A stretch of DNA of 58,643 nucleotides, the filler included, from Sphacelaria rigidula (Eukaryota), in the NCBI GenBank assembly GCA_964200075.2. It is 6 parts of 6 records of this genome, joined end to end, with 100 filler letters (N's around TTAATTAATTAA, not from the genome) between each part and the next. Parts side by side here need not be neighbours in the genome. Positions count along the whole stretch, not along the records: positions 39,165 to 48,855 come from CAXNAA020007959.1; positions 48,956 to 58,643 come from CAXNAA020007960.1; 4 more parts are not named here. One strand, 5' to 3'. Numbering within the stretch: the first letter of the stretch is position 1; each line of letters opens with the position of its first letter. This document shows positions 48,010-58,643 of this stretch, in pieces. Under the pieces are notes generated by a model. That model made no database searches, was not told where the DNA came from, and was given only the letters and a program-made list of their open reading frames with translations. The translations under genes were made by a program, and so were the position numbers.

Positions 48010-49559
48010 TGATCCGATAGTAATCGTGGCTTACTGCCGTATAAATCACAAGTCGTTAACTGTATGAGACAAGCACTTCCTTACAATTTGAACCTGAGGA
48101 GGTTTTGTGCGACCATATGGTGGCACGACCCGGCATCATGATCCTGTCAGCGTATGATGGAAAATTATTTGAATAGCCCGTTTATCATGAGATTGCAGCT
48201 TGAATGATGGGAAAATATTAGGATAACCAGTTCAACCTGAGAATACTACGTGCACTATGCAGAGTGATTAGCTTCACTAGTGTTTTTTTTTATGATCTGG
48301 CCCCTCCAAGAGAACGTGTTGTGATGCACACGATCACTCGATATACCCCCCAAAAAAGAAAACGTGGCATTCCCGCTTTGTCTTCTTCACCAGAAAATAG
48401 GGATACTCGTAGTCAGATTCTGCCGCCTCGCGCTACGCTCCGAGTGAATTACAACGCATTTCAAGGGTTAACTTTCTGTGGTGTGCGCGGGACCACAGTA
48501 TCTTACGTTACAAATATCAGGCGAATGGTCTGGGTTGACCTCGTGGTTGTCCAATACCTTTCTCTGAAAAACTCGCCGAATATGCGGCCAACTTAACAGG
48601 CAACGCTCCCTACAATGCCCCGGGCTCTTTCAAACACTAGAAGCCCGTCATCGCATTATGTTGGCAAAATATAACGCATTTTGATGCCGGGTAAGCTGTA
48701 CCCAGATGTGACGCCTTCTGATCTCGAATATTGCTTGGAAAACGTCAAACCTCCCGCCGACATGGTACTACGAATTAGTACAGCACCATGCACGGGTGGC
48801 CACTGGGGTGCCTGCAACCTCAAATTTGGACGTTACAGACGTTGCACAAGGTCTGNNNNNNNNNNNNNNNNNNNNNNNNNNNNNNNNNNNNNNNNNNNNT
48901 TAATTAATTAANNNNNNNNNNNNNNNNNNNNNNNNNNNNNNNNNNNNNNNNNNNNGGCTTCCCCGGTGACCGGCCGGGGCCCCCCCCCCCCCCCCCCCAG
49001 CCCCGGAACCCCCCGGATGTCTCGGAACTGTCAGCCTGTACAACTGTTCCGAGGCGACGCTCGTCGTCTAAGGGTTAACCCTTAACCCTTTAACCGCGAC
49101 CTCCCCGCTGGTAGACTGAGTAAGACTATCCACTTGTTGGGTTCAGAATCATTCTTCTGTCACAAACCAAAACGCCTACTCTACGGCAGAAGGGCCCGGG
49201 GGTGCATACGAGGCACATACCGGTAGTTGTGAGAGTCATTACACAGGCGCTTGCAGACAGTGCATTAGTAGTGTGGAATCTGAAGTACTGATATTATTAG
49301 ATTATGCTGCATAACTGTGCACAGCAGCAACAGTCTGAAGTGTTTTGTGCCGCAGCTCCACGAACCTTCTACAGCGTACTAGATCTTACAGTTTTGCACG
49401 TGTTGAGGGTACGCAGCGTGCGTTTGTGGTTTTGCACCATGACTTGCGCTGCGAACACGCTTACAGCACGTGCCGCGCTTATCGGCACAGCTTCACTTGG
49501 GCGATTGTTACTGAGAATTTTCATTGTGCAACACGATCCACCGCCATTGAATCGCAGGC

Positions 49560-49875
49560 AGTACATTGTTCTACCCTCTCCCGCAGGCGTCGAGATCTTC
49601 AGGACAAGTCAAAATCAGTTCGCCGACCGTCGTGCGTGGCGTCAACTATTTGAAGAGAGCAACCAGGAATGTGTAAACCCACGTCCTGAGGTCCAGTACC
49701 TCAAACTCGAGGTTCCCGGTATATTGACTGTAAAATACTGTGAGATATACCAGGACCCTCGACTGTGAGATACCTCTTCTAATTCGGAATCGTTTCGACA
49801 TCCGTTCATTTCCCGACAGGAATTCTCCACCTCAATGTTCATAACCTCCGAGTAGAGGGGGGATTTAGAAATAGC
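49560..49875 (-). pseudogene. Possible eroded LINE reverse-transcriptase fragment
   Basis: Frameshifted pieces LYSEV / SKRFRIRRGISQ / GLHIPG / LILTCPEDLDA fall in the order expected around the RGV.QG and YADD motifs, but those core motifs are not intact. Confidence 0.3.
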
Positions 49876-52800
49876 GAATGTTGCTCTCACTTTCAAGATC
49901 AAAATATCGCCATATCGCGACCGGAGCGTGCATGAGCACCTAGTTTGTAATTACTACGATTTTTACACACCCTGGACAATACATGGTCAACAGATGCAAT
50001 ATAAAAGAAGTCTACTGCATAAAGAGTAGGCCTATTGCGACTATTGCCGGCCGACAATAGTCGCAATAAAGTGGAAATTTTCAAGGACCCGAATTCGGTT
50101 GTCCTTTCACAACTTTTGATCCGAGGTGACGAAAATTACAAAATGCATGTAGCGAACGCCCGCGGCCACGCGCAAAAGGATAGCTGGGGCAGGGAAAAAA
50201 ATAGAAGAGAAATTGTTGCGCCAAGCCGGGGTTCGAACCCGCGTCCTGGGTTTTTCCCCCCGTTTGTGTCTGGCGGTGGCTTTTTTTTTTGCTAGTATTT
50301 GCTCACAAATTTGTCTCCAGACCTCGCAGCACCCGGCAAACACTTCTAATCTTCACCTACCAGCCTACAGCTACTTGCAGAGACGGACATCACACGAAAT
50401 GTATACATTTGGTACATTTGGGACTTCAAAGTACATATTTTCACAAAATTTGAAAAAAAAAGTGGCGATGACAGGCACGAAAAGGTTCGGCCCAAACGGT
50501 TTTAGAACCCGTTTTTCTCTTTTGGCTACGAGCGTTTTATTCGGTGCATGCAATAATTTCTGCGGGCAAGATGGTTGACACCATCACCATAATTTTTCGT
50601 TGGATTAAAGACCTTGACCACAGCGGGAAAATTATGATGTAGGATGAAAGCAAGTCTCCCAATTACGGCGAGGGACCCCCTCGCCGGGAGGGGGGGGACG
50701 GGGGGAAGTGTCCTCATTTTTTGCTTGCCTTCGTCGTCCGGCAGGGGCGGGGCATTTTTCATGAGAGGTACCTCTCATGGCTGTGGTAATATGGCGCCGG
50801 ATTGCACCGACACTAGAATAATGCACAGCCGACAACAAGCCGGCACACTAAGCCCCATCGATGCATACCCGAAAACGATTCGCATTGTCCATGTCTTAGA
50901 GTCGCCCACCGGGCACAAGGTATCGGGCTGTCGCCAGTCGATGAGTGGAGAACTGCGAAGGCGAGACGGACGCTCGCCAACAACTAGACCCCCCGTCATT
51001 TTGGAGATCACAGGAGCCGATCTAAAAAATATCTGAACACGCGCCAGGACCACTCGCACGTCGGCGGAGTAACCCGCCGGGTGGAGAGACCGTCACCCTG
51101 CGCGCGTGCCGCAGCACAGCACGGCACGGGAACACTCGGATGCCAAAAGTGCACAAATGAAGAAGGTCGGACCGTGAAATGCTTGCTACTGAAATATTTG
51201 CACAGGTCCTCCGAGGATCAAGGAGAGGCAATGCAAAAACGTCGTCGTTACACAAAAGGTCTCTGCGCCGTCTCTTCGGCGCGTATCATCGTGCACCGAA
51301 ACGCAAGTCCGATGACAAAAATTAAAACAAGAGTCAACACCGAAAACCCAAACGATCATAGGCGAAGTATATGAGTAGACCTCATCACCATAGGTGTGAA
51401 GCACACACCCCGCCCCCAAGAGACCGAAATACTATACAGATGATGGCAGACATCGACAACAAGGAACACACACGGAGGAAGGCTACAAAATACGAAGAAA
51501 GCCGAATAGGAGGGAAAAAATCAGCCCGCCGATCACCGCGCCACAGAGGACAACAGAACCATGCAATACGAGGTGTCTCATACCCAGAATCCACGGCACA
51601 AGGCCGCGGCTCAGTGGGTCAAGGAGAGATACCTTTTGAGCGATGTGCGCCGAATTTATCACACGAATCCATACTCTGGCATGGAGCACAACACATCCAG
51701 AAACCCCGACAGCAGCCTTCCTCACGCTTCGCTGCCGCCCCCAACACCACGACGCGTCGGCGCCGACATGTGGAGACAACAAATTCGCCACGACCACAGA
51801 AGGATGTATGATTTGTCGCGATAGGCGGGTAGGAACCGTCACCCCAACTTCTGGTGGGGCAGACGATCGTAGATCCAAAGTGGGGTTTAACTTCCCGCCC
51901 CCCCCTCCGTCCATTTATCATGGAGTTGTACACCCTTTACAACAACAGCGTGGAGGCTTTCCGTACACGCCTGGCAAATCCACACGACCCCCTATCCTAC
52001 AGCCAGGCGAAAGCCTCGCGTACCGCCGACGGAATCTCTCCATCCCCGACGCACAGGACGGGGTATGCCGCGGTAAAACAGTCCCGCCGAGGTATCTGCG
52101 CCCTCCGTTCATGTGCTCCGAGCGATTTCCTTAGCCTGAAGGCCGTCTGCACGGAGAGTCAAGGGTTAGAGGTGACGGGCGCGACACGGACACGGTGGGC
52201 GCAACGAAATATTGACGACAGAAAGAAGGAAAACAGCGCGAGTATCGTGTGCATCGCCGAAGGTGTGGCGCGGATGCAGTGTGCCTGACAGCGGCGCGCG
52301 CATAACGCGCGCCGACCACGACATTATGTCGCCGGAATGGCAGGCATGAACAGGTTTTGGTGTGGGAGAAGGGCGCTGAAGTACGGGTGTTCATGCCATA
52401 CGACAGAAACGGCGACGACGGGATAATATTTTAATGCGAACCCGCGGTTCGACAGAAAACTACTCGTATCGTGGCACAATACTACCGCTGCTGGTGTCAT
52501 GGAACTTTTGTCGCCAGTGGAATGGACGAAATGTGGATTCCATCCCCCAAGGTTTGTCTTCTTTATTTGTGCATGTGAGCTCCCAACTTCATTCCGATAT
52601 CAGTTGTTTCGACGGATACATGGCCCGTTCGCGCAGCTTTTCTAAAAGATACGAGTACTCTCGCATGCGATGGCAGTACTGCACACGGATATTAGGAGCT
52701 CTCACTAGGGCTTTCGACAGAAAATACATGTAGAAAACGCCGCAAACACCAAACCGTTGAAATCATTCCATTCTGTAATTTCCGCACCACGTTAGAGCAT

Positions 52801-52989
52801 AGGGTCGACGCACTTGGTGGCTGTCTCGACATCGAGAATACGCTTTGACGGGGGCGCCTACGGCAGTTCGCGCGCCGACGGCATAACGTGCTGAGTAAGT
52901 GTCTTGCCGCCTTCTTCCATCGAAAAAAGGAGCGATGGCAATTAATTTTAGCGAAGTTCGCTCATTTTCTTTTGAGGTGGGTCGAAGCG

Positions 52990-54150
52990 AATTTTCAAGC
53001 GTTCTATCGGAAAAGGATTGTCAAATTCGTGAAGCGGTAGATGGTCGTTTGTGAACAATATAGACAGTGCGTACTGCCTGCACTGTTTGAATGCAGTGTA
53101 TGTGAAGTTCGTGTCTGCGTGTTTCGTGCAGCAGGATGCGGAAGAGGAGCGGGCAACATGCAGAACTTCCACGTTAGCACCATTTGTTCCCTCTGCCCAC
53201 AATGCGACGTGAAGAAGACTCGGACAACGCGCAGCTTTGTACATGCATTGTGTCCGTTGCCGTGTCCTCGAGGGGGCTGGCCACCTTACCACGCCGTTCT
53301 AACCCTGGTCCCGACGATGAACAAAGATGGTCAAGTTTTCACACGTCAGACGAGCACGAGTATAAATCGTTTTTTCACAATCTGAGGTCGAATTGTTTTT
53401 TTCCGATCTGATGGGTCCACTGCATTTATGTTCCCAGAAGGCTTCAACTCAAAATATAGTTAACGGCGCGCGGAGAAGGATTCATCGGGGTAGAAAACGA
53501 TCGTTTTCGATCGAAAACATGCGGTCGAAAGGCACGGAGCGGCACTTGACTCCTATCTTCGACCACCACGCCAGGTAACACCTGTTCACAGGGTCATGCA
53601 AACAACTCCACCCAACTCATTCTCAGCTACCACCAACCCTACAGCATAGAGCACGAGTCGAGCACAGGGTCATGCAAACAACCCCACCCAACTCATTCTC
53701 AGCTACCAACCCTACAGCATGGAGCACGAGTTGAGCACAGGGATAGATACACTGCTGCAGTAGTCGGGTGTGCTTCGTTTATTTTCTGTTGGTGAAAACT
53801 TGCGCATCTTCTCTCATGGTAGGGATCAGCGACGTAACTGCGTGGTACGGTAGGCAACCGAGTTGCGTGCACGCCCATGAACAGTGCAGGCAGTACAAAG
53901 CTGCATGTTGCTGAAGTCCTTTTCACGTCGCGTTGTAAGCAGAAAGAACTGATGGTCCTGGGGTGTCTGCACTGCACGTTGCCCGCTCCTCCTTTATATC
54001 CTCCTGCACGAAACACGCACACACGCACTCAAGACACCCTGTTTGCAAGCAGTGCAGATAGTACAGACTGTCTGTACTGTACACGAATGACCATGTACCG
54101 TTTCACGAATTCCATTGTCTTTTTTTCGATCGAAAGCTTGAAAATCCATC
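52990..54150. mobile_element. Inverted pair of the 12650/29394 repeat family, with an internal ~90-bp duplication (~53590-53750)
   Basis: GCGTGTTTCGTGCAG...GAGCGGGCAAC...GCGACGTGAA...GCAGCTTTGTAC is mirrored at ~53880-54030. CACAGGGTCATGCAAACAAC...CTCATTCTCAGCTACCA occurs twice. Confidence 0.65.
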
Positions 54151-54595
54151 GAAGGCACTGGTATACAATAGTACGGCTAATGTGAAGTCTGTGTCTGTTA
54201 CCAGATAATATCGCCTAGCTACCTACCTACCTAGCCGTATATTCCGCTTGGGTGCGGTAGTCGTTAGTGCACGTGCATATACTTATTCTTGTGTTGGGGA
54301 AGAAACTCCTGAGCCCTCCAAACCCATGGTTGCGGACTTACTGAACTGTACGGTCTTGTTTCGAAAATAAATAGTACAGTCTGTGGTGCTGCCAGATTAT
54401 GTCGCCTAGTTAGCTACTTATCTAGCTATATATTCCTCAAAGTGGTGGTTCTGTCTGAAATGATTGTCCATCACTGTAGCTTCCACATCACTGGGGGCCT
54501 TTTTTACAACAGGGTAATTGTTTTTTGCGACTAAACATTCCTCTCCTGTCATTCTGCTGTGCCTTGTTCAAGTCGCCAACGGCCCATTGCACGGT

Positions 54596-55644
54596 CTCGT
54601 GTTTGCTGCTGGCCAAGGCCAAGGCAATGTTCCATTGTTTTCAACTGCTTTGCTCTCATATTCTCGTGACAATAGCGGCATAGCCGGTGTGTTTGTGCTT
54701 CGAAATGAACGAGAACGCGACAAAGAGAATCACCGGGGAAAAGTACCCCGCCAAAAGTATGTTTCATCATCTTCCACAGGCTTTTGTGGTTCGGGTTCCT
54801 GTTTCAAGTTTTCCACCACTTTGAAAAGGGTTTTCTGGTTCGGGATACGAGTATACACCCCGCCAAAACAGAGCCAGTTTGAGCGACTTCCGGTGGCCAG
54901 AACACGCGCCATAGGTATCAGATAACACCAAAACCTGGACGTTGATGTACCGCTGAGCCTTCTCGGTGCACTGTAGAAGAAATCGCCGGAAACAAATGCC
55001 TTGCCGCCAGAGGAAACTCGGCAGAAGTGTAAAAAAATTGAAATGATACAGGCGCTTTCTTTTGCAGTGCACTGAGAAGGCTCAGCGGTACATTGCCGTT
55101 CAGGTTTGGATGTCATCTGATACCTATAACGCGTGTCTGGCCACTGAAAGTCGCCCAAACTGGCTCTTTTTTGCAGGGTGTCGGTCCCAAACCACAAAAG
55201 CCTTTTCAAGATCGTGGAAAACTTCAAACAGGAACCCGAACCACAGAAGCCTGTCAATGGCGGGGAAGTTTTTCATCGTGATTTTCTTTTCGTTGTCGTT
55301 GATTTGGGAGCACGAAGATGGCGGTTATGCAGCGAATGCCACGAGGACATGATGGCAAAGCAGTTGAAAACAGTTGAACATTGCAAGGGCAGATCGAGTA
55401 GAGTATGTACTTTTGAGTACTCCAGTAAAATACTCAAGTACTTACTCGACTCAAATTTTGAGTAGGTCGACTATGGCCTCAAATACTCGACTCAAATTTT
55501 GAGAAGGTCGAGTACTACCTCAAATACTCTACTCAAAATTTGAATTCTAAAAGTATGACGCTTCAAAAATACTGAGCATTGAGTATGCTCTACTCGACCT
55601 GCCCTTGGAACATATCCTTGGCCTTAGTCAGCAGCAAACACGAG
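54596..55644. mobile_element. Diverged foldback element with ~390-bp arms
   Basis: The ends are CTCGTGTTTGCTG / CAGCAAACACGAG. An inner mirror is ATGTACCGCTGAGCCTTCTC / GAGAAGGCTCAGCGGTACAT. Confidence 0.8.
55384..55607. mobile_element. hAT-like MITE nested in the right arm of the foldback
   Basis: The TIR is CAAGGGCAGATCGAGTAGAG / CTCTACTCGACCTGCCCTTG, with an 8-bp TSD GAACATTG / GAACATAT. The interior has TACTCGACTCAAATTTTGAG repeats. Confidence 0.8.
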
Positions 55645-57630
55645 TCAAATCATCTGAGATCCCTTATAATTTACATGCTCCTGCTCGACAGACGCAAACA
55701 AGAGAAGTATTGACCCTGATATCTTCCTTGGACATAGGAAAAAATAACGACTCCTGATATTATTTTTACACCAAATACAAGACCGAAGCGTGTTCGCCAT
55801 TTTTTGCGCTGTGTGCTTCGAGCCCGAATGCACCCACTGACCTAACAACTCTTTCCAGGGCACGTCCCGCGCTCAATGGGAAAAAATCGGACAATGGCCT
55901 ATTTTTGCAGGTTTGGGGGGTGGCTTGAAAATCACTTGAAAGCAAGGATCAACCCCGTAAAGTGTCGGTGATGTGCAAGTGTATGTGGCGTCTGAATGGG
56001 AAGAGCGTTACCTCGACGCGAGATTTCTCCACGTCAAGGGTATAGTTTAAGATTAAGTGTATCCCAAGGAACGAAGAAAAAGGGGCGATAGTTCGTAAAA
56101 TGTCGCCGAACAACCCGGACACTTTTCGGAGGCTAGCAATCCCCCCGCATTTAGCCCCGCTAACACTCATCATGTTAGCCCTGAGGCTGGAAGCCGATAT
56201 TTGCTCATACTTTGTACTTTTAGACTTGTTGACTATGGTTGACGTCGTTTTCGCTTTTAGCAAGTTTGTTCAAAGCCACCACGCGTGCGAGAACCGTGTC
56301 GTTGGTACCTGCGGCGCTGCTGCCACGTGCGTCAGCCGTGGCTCACCACTAGTTATTATTAGGGCAATGGCCTATTGAGTCTCGCCCGTAGTCGGACCCT
56401 ATGCTCATTTACAGTTGGCCTCGCGCGTGGAGTTGGAAAGCCGGGTGCCACCCCCTGAAGTCCGAATGACCACCTGCGGCACCAGACCTTCTGAGGTTAG
56501 CCATATGTTTTCTCTTTCTTATTCATTATTTTACCCTGTTTTGCTTGTATCGCGTTTTGTGAGTTTTACTCCAGGTCTGATATGTTGTTTTGGTTTTGTT
56601 TGATTTCCCCATACCTTATTACAGGTAGCTAGCCTGTGACCACGGAAGGCGTCCGCATCAGATGCCCAGTACGAATGTACCGCGCAGATATCGGAACGGT
56701 TTTTCAATGTGAAGACAACAACAACAACAACAACAACAACAACTGACTAGAAAGGGTATACCCCCTCGTTTTTTGCCTAAACACGGCACAAAAATTGGCC
56801 AGAAACGCGAAAACAGCCAAACATGCCATTTTAACCGTTTTCGCTCCGAATTTTTCGCGCACATCATTATGGGGGGGGGGGAGCATTGGTACCCGAGCCT
56901 CGAAAAAATAAATGAAAAAAAACTTGTCACTCGCTAGATATGGCCACGCGAAAACGGGTGTTTCGCCTCCAGAAACCGCTCATCTTTTGAGGGCCAAAGT
57001 TCGCCCAGGTGTACCTGATCTACGAATTATTTTTCAATCGTACCTTATCTGGGCCACCGATTGACCGAGAACGTACCTGTGCTAGGCCATCACTCTCTAC
57101 ACTGTACCTGGTGCAGCACATCGCGCGCAAGGGAGTCTACGCGCCAACTCTAACCGTAGCGCCCACACATTCGGCTCTTTTCCCGCTCATTTGCCGTTCA
57201 CGGACGCTACAACGACCACGTCCCTTTCTCCCGGGAAGTGGTTCCAGAGTCTCTCTGCACCGACGCAATAACTGGAGTCACAACTCACAGCGCGTCGGTC
57301 TTTTGTGATCCCTGTAGCCAAATGATAACAAGCCGCAGGTTTCAGTATTATTGCATGCATGGTTGGAGCAGTCGCAGGAGACAGGTCTACATCCCGGGGA
57401 TTATGAAACACCCAGACCGTACCGTTGCTATCTCGGGGCTGGTGTCAGGGTCCATTTATTTTCAAACGGTTTTAGCCTCTTGCGAGAGCTTTCCAGCACC
57501 CACGATAGGGATGTATAGCAAGAGCCCCCGCTCTCAGTAAATAGTCGCTGAACGTACGCACACCCGACCGAGCCTACGTGAATCGTCCTTGGGCGTACGC
57601 GGCCATCTCCTGTAACTCACCCGGCCAGAA

Positions 57631-57905
57631 TTGATTGATTGATTGATTGATTGATTATCTCTCATTAGCTGATTGCGACAATCCAGCCCGTGGTCAGGAG
57701 CAGCAAAAATAGAACAGAATAATAAAAAAAATACAATGAAGAAAGGAACAGAAAAACGACAGAAGCAACGGCCGCAGAAAAGAAAGAAAGGGGGCAGCGA
57801 TAACAACAAAAAACACCACCACCACCGCCACCAACAACAACAAACAAACAACAGCAGTAACAACAAAATAACGACAAACACAAACACGAACAAAGACAAG
57901 AAGGA
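57631..57905 (-). mobile_element. Non-LTR retroposon 3' end, (AATC)n-tail family
   Basis: The minus strand has a T-rich UTR, then TGCTGCTCCTGACCACGGGCTGGATTGTCGCAATCAGCTAATGAGAGAT and (AATC)n. Confidence 0.8.
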
Positions 57906-58643
57906 TATGCACCGCTAAGTTAAACCCAGTAACTCACCTACCTGACCGGACTGTGCACCGCTGAGGTAAGTTGCTATCACTCACAGGTGATTTGCGGGCG
58001 AAAGAGCTAGCTCGAGTTAACCCTTTTGAAACCGTTGATGGAAAAATGACGATTTACGATGACGTTTTCTTGGACTAGACATCGTTATTTCTCTGCAGCT
58101 GTTGATGATGCAGCCCACCGAAACGGTTCACCACTCAAGGTTCACGTATACTACCGTGACAGACTTGTGACATGGCTTGCATATGGGAGTTTGTACTGTG
58201 TTTCTCGAGTGCCCAAAGGGTTAACCTGAGTTAAGTTGTCCGACGTGTGGAATTGTTTGCTGTGTTACCGCCACAGCTCCCTTAGTCCCTATCGAGGACC
58301 GCCGAAACGTTACGAGTAGGCCGTCGCGTAGTACGAATGACGCTGCGATAGCCCCCCCCACAAAGAAAGTGGTTGGTTCGAGGAGGCAAAATGGAAATGT
58401 AAACCAACACGACAAAAGCCGAGCACCGAGTAGCTGGAAACTCTCATCCTTGGGATCGTTTTCGTCAATGTCCCCCATGTGAGGAGCTTCACGAAGTCTG
58501 AAATCAGCTATCATGCGCCGTATGGCTATTTCTTCGTGACAATTTTCGGCTGGTTTGGGGGAGGGGGGGCGGGGGGGGGGGGCGCACCCATTTGTCGCTT
58601 GCCTTTATCGTTTGATCATTGACCACGCATCCCTTTCCAAACG

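Noticed and set aside
57534..57918. Hydrophobic or low-complexity ORFs (also 4193-4510 and 14081-14689)
   Set aside because: They are translations of simple repeats and retroposon UTRs.

Overview
This is eukaryotic, repeat-rich, intron-rich DNA, most consistent with a brown alga or related stramenopile. That assignment is inferred from long repeat-filled GT-AG introns, (AATC)n/(CAA)n retroposon tails and a Copia PBS of the GGTTATG type. The window is not one locus. It is six contigs (five of 9691 bp, one of 9688 bp) joined by artificial 100-bp N/TTAATTAATTAA spacers, so no synteny can be read across spacers. Three partial spliced host genes can be rebuilt with phase-compatible splice sites: a multi-Tudor/Agenet + C2-like protein (19628-23618), a kinesin motor domain with degenerate switch motifs (36161-38869) and a WD40 protein (41468-45674). 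The rest is mostly mobile DNA: a decayed Copia (LTR, PBS, gag), two Tc1/mariner/IS630-type DNA-binding-domain ORFs without a DDE domain, a hAT C-terminal remnant, many MITE/foldback elements (hAT-, Harbinger- and Sola-like termini), a tRNA-headed SINE family, and several retroposon 3' tails sharing a GACCACGG core. I found no CRISPR array, Fanzor/TnpB, viral gene block or other clear-cut novel system. The best leads are the putative pseudokinesin, the open DBD-only transposase-derived ORF, the shared GACCACGG tail motif and a 1.3-kb near-perfect foldback. All calls were made by eye, with no database searches.
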